The notes under the pieces are model-generated. The model saw only the letters and a list, made by a program, of their open reading frames with translations. It did no database searches and was not told where the DNA came from. DNA of 26,046 nucleotides from a virus (lineage: Duplodnaviria; Caudoviricetes). The DNA lies in IMG/VR virus record IMGVR_UViG_3300024518_001114, positions 1 through 26,046 of that record; one strand, 5' to 3'. The position numbers and the translations under genes were made by a program. Positions 1 through 8,183 of the stretch are shown in pieces; within the stretch, counting starts at the first letter, position 1; each line of letters starts with the position of its first letter.

Positions 1-203
1 GAATCTACCCTTCCTTGCTGTAATTGTTTTACTTTTTCTATTCCGGGAAGAAAACGGTCGGTGGGCTGTTGAGGTGATTGCTGAGATGGTTGTTCGCCTA
101 TCTGAGAAAAGATATCATTTAACTCTTGCTCTGTTGGTAGACTATCCCCAGTTAATTTTACAGTCTTCCCAGTATTCGGGTCTGTTATTCTAAACGTAGC
201 CAT
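1..203 (-). CDS. N-terminus of a probable large internal-virion/ejection protein (runs off the window edge)
   Basis: Not in ORF track. ATG at 203 overlaps the upstream stop (TAATG); frame open to the edge: MATFRITDPNTGKTVKLTGDSLPTEQELNDIF..., an N-terminal pattern I recognise from large podophage virion proteins; follows two ejection-like genes. Confidence 0.65.
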   Translation of the reverse strand, partial: MATFRITDPNTGKTVKLTGDSLPTEQELNDIFSQIGEQPSQQSPQQPTDRFLPGIEKVKQLQQGRVD

Positions 204-1816
204 TATTCGACCTCCACCGTAAATCTTCCAATCTTCTTCGGATGTTTAAAAGGTATATCTTGGAATCTAATTGTTTCTCCGGGTATTCGTTGCTTCTCTC
301 TCGTTGGTTCTGATATTTGATTCAAGTGAGCAGTAAGAGGGCCGTTAACTTCACCTATTATTGCATCTATTTGTGCCTGCTCTTCAGGACTAAGCTGAAC
401 TCTATCGATAACTTGAGATACCTTAGAAATCCATCTCGATAATTCAGGAGAAGGCACATCTTCCGTGGAAATAACTTTTCCTTTTCTATTTTTTATTTCT
501 CTTGTAAAAACTAAATCGTCTACGTCCATCTTGCTAAACTCTTTATCAAAAGATAATCTATTATTCTCTGCCGCTCTTGCGAATCGGAAGAACGTTCTCA
601 TTGTTTCCGCTACCTGCTCTCCTGCCGCTTCCGGTGCTGTATTAGAATCTGGAATAGTCTTGCCTAACGCTTGTAAAATAGAAGCTACCATTCTAACAGA
701 ACCTTCCCCTTTTTCTGTTTGTTGAGATAACATAGGCATCATTTTAAGTAAGAACTCGCTTCTTTTCCCTTCTAATGTTCCTGTTCGTTTAAACTTACTA
801 CCGAACTTTATTGTTTCCGATGTCCCGCCTAATGCTGGAATACCTTTAGGAATATCTCCTACTTTAGTAGCAAACTGTCCAATCTTTTGTTGAGCAAATC
901 CACCTGCGCCACCTTCTTTAACGGCGTCAACATAAACTTGCATAAAGTCTCTACCAACACCGGATACTAACTCTAAATTAGATATCGCCGCTCTTGCACC
1001 TGATTCTATTTTAATAGACCTTTCCGCTCGTTTTGTTTGTTGAGTTTCAAATCCTTTCTCTCTAATAGCTTGAACTTTCTGTTCTGGTGTCTTTTCTTTA
1101 TCTTTATCAAATCTGGGATTCGCAAATAATCTACCACGAAACTCAATAAACGGGGGCTCTTCTTGTTGTCCTGGCTGTACTCGTCGTGATTGTTGCTCCC
1201 CTTGCTGAGCAAATGGACTTTGTCCCTGTGATACTCTTTGCTTAGCATGAACTACAGCTTTATCAACTATCTCTTTAGTAGGTTGTCCACCGCCTAAAAG
1301 ATGGTTCTTCTCTTGTTCTGTTAATGTAGGAACTAATGAAGGTATCTGTACTTCTTTGCCATCAATATCTACTCCAATAGAAAGCTCTGTAGATACTCTT
1401 CCATCTGGTCTTTGTAATGTTCCAAAGAATCCTGGTCCTTTTTGTGTTCCATCATTCCTCGCTCCAAATCCTTGTTGTGAAACACGATTACCTTGTATAT
1501 CTCCAAAACCACCACCCACTAAAGATTGAACTAGTCCTTGCCCAGCCAAAGGATTGAGCGGATTTAACCCCCCCTGTCTTGATGTTGGTTGTAACGCCCT
1601 TTGTTGTCCTAACTGCGATTGAACTTGTCCAGATTGTTGCCGCCCAGAAGCGATAAATCCCCGTTCCTCTGCCTCTGCTCTAAATGATTCTAATTCGTCT
1701 TTTGCTTTCTGTTTCGCTAACGTCGCCTCAAACGTTGCTAACTCAAAAGCGTGTCTCTGCTTTAATATATTCTGAGCGAAATTGCCAAAATCTATTTTTA
1801 CACCTTCACGTGCCAT
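203..1816 (-). CDS. Putative internal virion (ejection) protein, Gln/Gly-rich N-half with an embedded compact domain
   Basis: 537 aa, AGGAG RBS, low-complexity helical composition, position downstream of tail genes. Confidence 0.6.
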   Translation of the reverse strand: MAREGVKIDFGNFAQNILKQRHAFELATFEATLAKQKAKDELESFRAEAEERGFIASGRQQSGQVQSQLGQQRALQPTSRQGGLNPLNPLAGQGLVQSLVGGGFGDIQGNRVSQQGFGARNDGTQKGPGFFGTLQRPDGRVSTELSIGVDIDGKEVQIPSLVPTLTEQEKNHLLGGGQPTKEIVDKAVVHAKQRVSQGQSPFAQQGEQQSRRVQPGQQEEPPFIEFRGRLFANPRFDKDKEKTPEQKVQAIREKGFETQQTKRAERSIKIESGARAAISNLELVSGVGRDFMQVYVDAVKEGGAGGFAQQKIGQFATKVGDIPKGIPALGGTSETIKFGSKFKRTGTLEGKRSEFLLKMMPMLSQQTEKGEGSVRMVASILQALGKTIPDSNTAPEAAGEQVAETMRTFFRFARAAENNRLSFDKEFSKMDVDDLVFTREIKNRKGKVISTEDVPSPELSRWISKVSQVIDRVQLSPEEQAQIDAIIGEVNGPLTAHLNQISEPTREKQRIPGETIRFQDIPFKHPKKIGRFTVEVE

Positions 1817-1829
1817 AGTTTGTCTCCTA

Positions 1830-2906
1830 TTAATTTCTTAAATCGGCGAACACCTTGCTTAGACTTGAACTACTTGTTCCCCCAATAGGTTGAGCAGTCG
1901 TTGCGCCACCCCCAACCCCTTGATTTATACCTAATAATTGTCTTAATAATTCATTTTGTTGATTCTGTTGACTACCCGGAAATAAACTAGGTTGTAACGC
2001 TTGACCTAATTGAAGCGAATCACCTAAAGAAATAGGGGAGTTAGTTCCACCCAATAATGCGCCAAGATTACCACCCAATCCGGCTCCTATTGAAGCACCT
2101 CCTAGCCCGCCACCGAGAAAGAATCCTGCACCTCCACCCAATAACGAACCAAACGAACTAATAGCCTGACCTTCGGCTGCTCTTCGTCTTTCATCCTCTT
2201 GTAAATCCAATGCACGTTCTTGAGAAAGCAACCCTACTCTAGATTGCTCTTCTATTAATCTATCCTGAGCTGATAATTGAGCGGTTTGGAAATCTTTTAA
2301 CGCTTGCTCTAAATCTGCATCAAATTGTGTGCCTTTTTGTAAAAAGTCTTGACGTTGTTCGATTCCAGCTAATGGATTTATAATCTGTGATATCGGGTCA
2401 ATTCCTAATAACCCTTGTAATGTCAACTCTCCACGTCTTTGATTCTGATTAGAAAGAAACTGCCCTATGTTTCCTATCGTCGGCCCTATCGCTTCAGCGA
2501 ATAACTCAGGAAATGCCGACTCTATCCCACCTAAAGAAGCTCGATGTCCAGCACTTCTTTCCGCTCTTCTTAACATATTACCAAACGTAGAGTCTGCAAC
2601 TCCTTGCTCAAAATTGCTAGGTTGGAATCCTTCAAAGAATTGACTAGCTGTAGCAGGGTCTTGAAGAAAACCAAGCCCCGTTTCTCTTGAAGTTAATCCT
2701 AACGGAGCAATCTCTTGTCCTCTGCCTACTCCAAAATCAAATAACTCCTGGCCAGTTGCAAAATCAGGAACATTTGGCCCGACAAAAGGCTCTCTATCAG
2801 GTAAAGATATCGGAGCAATAGGGTCTCCTTTACTGTCTTTAGGTCTATCAATTTCAGATAAGCCCAGGCTTAATACGCCCGCTGCAATTCTTGAAAATAA
2901 TCCCAT
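1830..2906 (-). CDS. Putative DNA ejection/pilot protein with glycine-zipper hydrophobic segment
   Basis: 358 aa, AAGGAG RBS; GSLLGGGAGFFLGGGLGGASIGAGLGGNLGALLGG segment typical of membrane-inserting ejection proteins; synteny. Confidence 0.6.
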   Translation of the reverse strand: MGLFSRIAAGVLSLGLSEIDRPKDSKGDPIAPISLPDREPFVGPNVPDFATGQELFDFGVGRGQEIAPLGLTSRETGLGFLQDPATASQFFEGFQPSNFEQGVADSTFGNMLRRAERSAGHRASLGGIESAFPELFAEAIGPTIGNIGQFLSNQNQRRGELTLQGLLGIDPISQIINPLAGIEQRQDFLQKGTQFDADLEQALKDFQTAQLSAQDRLIEEQSRVGLLSQERALDLQEDERRRAAEGQAISSFGSLLGGGAGFFLGGGLGGASIGAGLGGNLGALLGGTNSPISLGDSLQLGQALQPSLFPGSQQNQQNELLRQLLGINQGVGGGATTAQPIGGTSSSSLSKVFADLRN

Positions 2907-2926
2907 TTGAATCTCCTTTATTTAAA

Positions 2927-4387
2927 CTATTGTCTATGTCCTAGCGATGTTCTAAAAAGAATCTCCGCTGGTGTCATTCTTTTATATAATATTCTTATTC
3001 CGTCTATATCGCCATTCCACCAATCTGCACTAGAGTTCTGGTTTGTCCCAATATTAAATCCAGATATCGCACTCACATTACCATTACCTGCATCATCTCC
3101 ATCCCCAACATCTACACCATTAACATAAACAGTTGAAGCAGCAGAACTATCCCAAACCACAACAATGTAAGCCCATTGTCCTGTCCCGTTGCTAGATAAA
3201 CCATGTGCTTCACTAAAAGTCTCATCGCCTGAAGCAGTTTTAATTTGTCCAGTTATAACGGTATCTGTCATAGCAACCCTTATAACATTATTAGTTATAT
3301 CAGATATAATAGCTTGTGTTCCTGTAGTTGCTTTATTAACCCACGCCTCAACAGTAAGCTCTGACGTTATACTATCAAAGTCGGCGTCATCAGCTATTAC
3401 AACCTTCTCCTCTGACCCGTCGTAGTCATAACATTCTGCACTTACTTTCCCTAAAACTAAATCTGTGCTTCCCAAATTTGTAGGTGTAGCAGCCTTTTGT
3501 GTACGAGACCTATCTAAGGTTCGGTCTGAATACGATAACAAGACATGGGTATCTTCTTCCCAATAAGAACCAGCACCACCCCATTCAGGAGCCGTAGCTG
3601 CATTATTCATTCTTAATACTTGCCCACCTGCCCCCTTAGCTAACCTAGTAAGAACATTAGAAGAACGATAATAAACATCTCCGTCAGCATCAGAACCTAT
3701 TGACATTGTTGGAGCACCATCTATTGTTACTGCACCGATAGTCCCTGAGTCTATATCTACGCTATCCATATCAACGCTACTAAAGTTTATCGTATTAGTC
3801 GTATCCGAAAAGGTTAACGTATTCGCAGTATGCGTTAATGTTATATCACTACCATCCCAGTTAATAATACCTCCAGAACCGAAATGTAAATCGTTAAGTC
3901 CGAGAGCAGTCGTACCTATATCCAACAACTCTGTTTTTAATGGAATACTAGCAGAGATAGAGCCTAAGATTTTGATATCGTCTCCAGTAGCACTCCCTAA
4001 CGTGACGTTACCTTGAAAATCTGCCGTACCTGTAAACGTATTATTGCCAGAGAACGTTTGAGTATTGGCGAGCATAGCTACCGCCCTGAAACTACTGCCA
4101 TCATCAAAATATAACGTATCATCTGACGTTAAGAATACAGTTCTTCCTTCATTCCCTGCCGCTGGTAAAGAACCTAATATCTCGTGAAATCTAAAACCAT
4201 TCGTAGTATCTGCGTTTGTATTGTTAAGACCACCATTTATCTGGTTTGTATTAAGATTCCATCTTTGATTTAAATTAGACGCTGTTAGCGTATCTCCTGC
4301 TCCGTATTGTGGCATATCTACAACGTCAGCATATACTGGTGTAACTAATAATATAAAGAATAGAAATATGTTTAGTTTTTTAAACAT
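2927..4387 (-). CDS. Tail fibre/spike-like protein with C-terminal LamG/concanavalin-like domain and N-terminal signal peptide
   Basis: 486 aa; fibre-like repeats (ANTQTFSGNNTFTG; GDVYYRSSNVLTRLAKGAGGQVL); LamG motifs LTVEAWV, WAYIVVVWD, VYVNG, WNGDIDGIRI; N-term MFKKLNIFLFFILLVTPVYA/D. Confidence 0.75.
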   Translation of the reverse strand: MFKKLNIFLFFILLVTPVYADVVDMPQYGAGDTLTASNLNQRWNLNTNQINGGLNNTNADTTNGFRFHEILGSLPAAGNEGRTVFLTSDDTLYFDDGSSFRAVAMLANTQTFSGNNTFTGTADFQGNVTLGSATGDDIKILGSISASIPLKTELLDIGTTALGLNDLHFGSGGIINWDGSDITLTHTANTLTFSDTTNTINFSSVDMDSVDIDSGTIGAVTIDGAPTMSIGSDADGDVYYRSSNVLTRLAKGAGGQVLRMNNAATAPEWGGAGSYWEEDTHVLLSYSDRTLDRSRTQKAATPTNLGSTDLVLGKVSAECYDYDGSEEKVVIADDADFDSITSELTVEAWVNKATTGTQAIISDITNNVIRVAMTDTVITGQIKTASGDETFSEAHGLSSNGTGQWAYIVVVWDSSAASTVYVNGVDVGDGDDAGNGNVSAISGFNIGTNQNSSADWWNGDIDGIRILYKRMTPAEILFRTSLGHRQ

Positions 4388-5997
4388 TACTCACGTCTCC
4401 AGCGTTTGGGGTCACTAAATATTGTAGCTCTTTGTAATATAACACTCTGTGATGAAGCTGTATTCGTTACCATCATTTTCATCTTTTTAAACTCTCCATA
4501 GTTCTGTAACTGAAAGGTCTTTCTCGCTACTCCGCTATTAGATAACTGCGTTGGGAGTGTAACAGGTAATGTTACCGATTGTCCCGCAAGACTAACTGTT
4601 CCAGCCGTTTTCCATCCAGTATTATCTAAGTTTATATATACAGTAGCGTTATAGTCTCCTGTCGGGTCAAACTCTACTTCAATATCGTCTATAACCTTAA
4701 ATATCTCCGGCTTCTCGAAATCTATTGACCTTGATATCCAAGCGAACTCTATTCCTTGCTGAGGGTCTTGTCCTGATGTAGTAGTTTGAGGTCCTTCTTG
4801 AAAGTCTCCTGTCGTACCCGTAAAGACTTGTAGCACCCTTCCATCATTAGCATCTGTATAATAAAGTTTATTATTAAACTCTATCCACGCTGAAGGGAAC
4901 CAACCTTTAATTATATACCAAGCTTCTGTAAGGAAATCGAATACTAAAACTGTATTATTAACTGTAGACGTTCCTGTTGGGATTGCGATTATATACTTAT
5001 TATCAAACAACACAGCACAAGCTTTTGACATCTGTGTTTTATTTAAATTAAACCCGTTCTCATTCGTTCCTTCAAAGATATCCTGAATAGGCTTTGATAC
5101 CATGTCTACTAATATCTTATCAAACTCTGAACGTATTAAACTTCTAATCGCTACGGGCTCACTCGACATGAACCATTGGTCGTTACCTAAACTCACCACA
5201 GAACGCGGTGCTGGTGTCCCTATAACCGTGCTGATAGGCTGTACAGTCCACCCACTTAACACAGCCCCTTCTATATCTAATACAAATATACTCCGTTCTT
5301 TATATACAATTAACTCATTTAAGCGATAAGGCATTAACCTTATAATAGCTTGCCCATCTCCTGTATTAATTTTAATAATATCAGTAGAAGTAAACTTTGT
5401 CGGATTCAAGTTATTAGAGAAATATATCCAATCGGTCTCTGTCGTAGCCCCACCTAAGAATAGATAATTCCTTAACCACGCCCCTGTAGTTGCTGTTGGT
5501 GGTGAACTAGGATATATTGAAGATTGAAAAAACTTACTGCCATTCCACCACCCTGTATTATCCGAACCATTTAATACGAATATATTGTCATTCGCTTGAA
5601 CAAACTCTGTATCTTTATTTATAGTTAAAGGAGATGCGTCATTAGCAGAACGCCAAGTAGTATCGTTAGATAAAGAAGCTATCACTCTTATCCCTGACGC
5701 CGCCATTATATACGAAGTTGTCTTATCTGGGTCGAATCTACCTAACCCTCGAAATGGTGTGCTTCCTACGTCTACATTAAATAACGCTTGTCCTTTACGC
5801 TTTGAAATCTTTCCTAATCTATTTACTACAACGTTAACAGCCGAAGCCGCTTGATTCTCTGGTAATAAATCAGCCAAATCAAAACTGTTCATTCCTTTTG
5901 AGAAATCACGTATTCTTATCTGTTCAAGACCCTGCTGTGCAAACAACGAGGATGCTACTAAAAGAACTATAAATATTGAGGTTACAAATTTCTTCAT
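4387..5997 (-). CDS. Tail tubular protein B/nozzle (P22 gp10/T7 gp12-like beta-propeller) with N-terminal signal peptide
   Basis: 536 aa beta-rich; DFSKGMN...NVVVNRLGKISKRKG start of mature region, LIVYKERSIF, IGTPAPRSVV, VLVFDFLTEAW; follows adaptor gene with ATGA overlap; N-term MKKFVTSIFIVLLVASSLFA/Q. Confidence 0.7.
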   Translation of the reverse strand: MKKFVTSIFIVLLVASSLFAQQGLEQIRIRDFSKGMNSFDLADLLPENQAASAVNVVVNRLGKISKRKGQALFNVDVGSTPFRGLGRFDPDKTTSYIMAASGIRVIASLSNDTTWRSANDASPLTINKDTEFVQANDNIFVLNGSDNTGWWNGSKFFQSSIYPSSPPTATTGAWLRNYLFLGGATTETDWIYFSNNLNPTKFTSTDIIKINTGDGQAIIRLMPYRLNELIVYKERSIFVLDIEGAVLSGWTVQPISTVIGTPAPRSVVSLGNDQWFMSSEPVAIRSLIRSEFDKILVDMVSKPIQDIFEGTNENGFNLNKTQMSKACAVLFDNKYIIAIPTGTSTVNNTVLVFDFLTEAWYIIKGWFPSAWIEFNNKLYYTDANDGRVLQVFTGTTGDFQEGPQTTTSGQDPQQGIEFAWISRSIDFEKPEIFKVIDDIEVEFDPTGDYNATVYINLDNTGWKTAGTVSLAGQSVTLPVTLPTQLSNSGVARKTFQLQNYGEFKKMKMMVTNTASSQSVILQRATIFSDPKRWRRE

Positions 5998-6938
5998 GCC
6001 CTATGACCTTGTATTAATGATGATGTCATTTTATGCTGGAACGTCGGTCCTAACTTGGTTGTCTGATTTAACATTAACTGGCTTAACGCCGCTTGTGCTT
6101 TTTGTATCATTAAAGAAGCTCTGTTAATATCTTCTTTTTCTTGTACCATGGCTGTCGCCGCTGTATCAAAAATTAAATAATCGTCTGCGTCTATAAATGG
6201 ATAATCTTCGTCATCTACTAATCTCCTGAACTTCTTCTTATAAATAACTCGCATACTATCAGCACTTCCAGGAATTAAACCCATATCAAATGCTTTATGT
6301 CTCGATACTCTCTCAATATCAGATAACGTAGTCAATGCTGTTAAAGATGAGTTTCGTAATGTAACATAACCTGTAGTATCTGCTGATTTACTCACGTTTA
6401 GTATTTTATAAAAGGTAGTCGTCCCCGAAACATCTGTCGTCCCATTTAAAGTTAGTTCTTCAAACCCTATTATAGTTAATGCTGAATCTAAATACCCTTC
6501 AATCCTCACTGTTTGCGTTGTATCGGCTGTACTCGAACTATCCACTACTATCGTATCACCACTCGTTGATATCTGCACCTTGACGCCGACAACCTCTGTA
6601 AAGTAAGCGCTACCAGCGTCATCTTCAGTAGCATCTGCGATGTTGGCTATATTAGCGTCAAAATACTCTTGATATGTCTTAATTGCAATAGGTTTATCAT
6701 TTGTAATATCGTAAAATCTTATCGGCTTCTCGAAGTCGCTAGGCATATAATATCTTTTAGTTCCGTCTACTGTTGTGAAATTATGAACGTTTTGTAGCTC
6801 TATGAAGTGGTCGTAACTATTATATAAAGTCTGCAAGGAAAGATTAACCCATACTTTTATATTATTAGCGTAAGCCGTATCCTCCGAACGTTGAACTAAC
6901 TTACCGATGGTTGATACTATCTCTCCGAAATTATACAT
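5994..6938 (-). CDS. Head-tail adaptor/tail tubular protein A-like
   Basis: 314 aa; helical N-term then TVDGTKRYYMPSDF and C-terminal DDEDYPFI...YLIF pattern; AGGAG RBS; immediately upstream of nozzle gene; no signal peptide. Confidence 0.65.
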   Translation of the reverse strand: MYNFGEIVSTIGKLVQRSEDTAYANNIKVWVNLSLQTLYNSYDHFIELQNVHNFTTVDGTKRYYMPSDFEKPIRFYDITNDKPIAIKTYQEYFDANIANIADATEDDAGSAYFTEVVGVKVQISTSGDTIVVDSSSTADTTQTVRIEGYLDSALTIIGFEELTLNGTTDVSGTTTFYKILNVSKSADTTGYVTLRNSSLTALTTLSDIERVSRHKAFDMGLIPGSADSMRVIYKKKFRRLVDDEDYPFIDADDYLIFDTAATAMVQEKEDINRASLMIQKAQAALSQLMLNQTTKLGPTFQHKMTSSLIQGHRA

Positions 6939-6946
6939 AATTGCTC

Positions 6947-7162
6947 CTAAAGTTTTCTTTTAGTAGGAAAAGGTAAAAAACTATTTATCTTTAAAACCGT
7001 AAAGCTTCTCGTTCTTTCAACTACAGTATATCCAATTATAGCTCTTATCTTCTGTCCAGGTTTAACGTCTCCAACGGTAGGCGCAACTTTCTGAGAAATA
7101 GAGAAGTCCGCTGGCATATGGAACTGTACTGTCTGGATTTCTCTTTTAATAGATTTTGTCAT
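6947..7162 (-). CDS. Hypothetical protein (small beta-rich, basic)
   Basis: 71 aa, ATGA overlap with upstream gene. Confidence 0.6.
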   Translation of the reverse strand: MTKSIKREIQTVQFHMPADFSISQKVAPTVGDVKPGQKIRAIIGYTVVERTRSFTVLKINSFLPFPTKRKL

Positions 7163-7395
7163 ACCGTTCTTTTCTTGTTTATTACTAAGATATCAGCACT
7201 TTTAATCTCTAACGCATAAATCATTATATCGTCTGCGTTCTCATCAGGCGTTAAAGAAACGCCTATAACTTCTACCATAGCATCTAACTGTCCTTTCTCT
7301 CCGACTTCCATAGCTTGAGCAAAAGGAAACCTATTGTCTAATACCACCGTAGGCTTGGGTCTTTCCAAGCCACTTGACATTCTGCTTTCAAACAT
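7159..7395 (-). CDS. Hypothetical protein (small beta-rich, acidic; possible minor virion protein)
   Basis: 78 aa, TAATG overlap with upstream gene. Confidence 0.6.
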   Translation of the reverse strand: MFESRMSSGLERPKPTVVLDNRFPFAQAMEVGEKGQLDAMVEVIGVSLTPDENADDIMIYALEIKSADILVINKKRTV

Positions 7396-7775
7396 TATGA
7401 GCCGTCACATAATCCATCTGCATCGTTAGAACAAGATAAAGTTCCATTTAATGCGGAACATTCTGTCCATCCAGCATCATCTGTATCTCTTATCATTATA
7501 CAACCACCGCTAGAACCATCTAATGCTAATTGTCCCCACCCTGTTCCTATATCAGTATGAATAAACGTGGCTGGACTAGCGACACCTATCCCCACCTTTA
7601 ATGCACCAGAATTAGTGGTGATAGCAACCGAACCATCCGTACTATTTGAAATCGTTTCACTATTCTCAAGTGTGAGGTCTGTTTTAAATGTACTTGTCTG
7701 ACCAGGAGCGAATCCACCAGCCCACACGTTTCCGCACATAAAAAGAAACGCTATTAAAAGAATATACTTTTTCAT
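7395..7775 (-). CDS. Secreted-type small protein, four Cys in mature part
   Basis: 126 aa; AAGGAGG RBS; MKKYILLIAFLFMCGNVWA/G signal peptide; Thr/Ser/Gly-rich. Confidence 0.75.
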   Translation of the reverse strand: MKKYILLIAFLFMCGNVWAGGFAPGQTSTFKTDLTLENSETISNSTDGSVAITTNSGALKVGIGVASPATFIHTDIGTGWGQLALDGSSGGCIMIRDTDDAGWTECSALNGTLSCSNDADGLCDGS

Positions 7776-7784
7776 CTTGCCTCC

Positions 7785-8162
7785 TTAATATGTAATAACA
7801 ACATTTACAGGACTCGCTGTTCCCGTTTGTGTCTTAAAAGCTATCGAGTTTGTCTTAAAATCGGATAAACTTATAGCCGTATTTGCGTCTAAAAAGAACT
7901 GTGACGGCTTTGTGGAATCCGTAGAAGTACACGAACCACCAATAGACTCGCCTTTTATACTTAAACAAATAGCAGTTGTTGAACCATTATGTACCGTGAC
8001 ATCTCTAGATTCAAACTCTTCTGGTAATGTTATAGTAGTCTGTGCTGTAGTAACATTATACCATTGAGCAAATGTATTACTTAACGCCCCTCTCTTACTC
8101 TGTGCATACGCAGATGTCCCTATCATTAAGACCATCAACATAGCTACGATTAGTTTTTTCAC
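7785..8162 (-). CDS. Secreted-type small beta-sandwich-like protein (possible virion decoration)
   Basis: 125 aa; GTG start with AAGGAGG RBS; MKKLIVAMLMVLMIGTSAYA/Q signal peptide; two Cys. Confidence 0.75.
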   Translation of the reverse strand: MKKLIVAMLMVLMIGTSAYAQSKRGALSNTFAQWYNVTTAQTTITLPEEFESRDVTVHNGSTTAICLSIKGESIGGSCTSTDSTKPSQFFLDANTAISLSDFKTNSIAFKTQTGTASPVNVVITY

Positions 8163-8183
8163 CTTTTTTCCTCCTTGTTGAAA

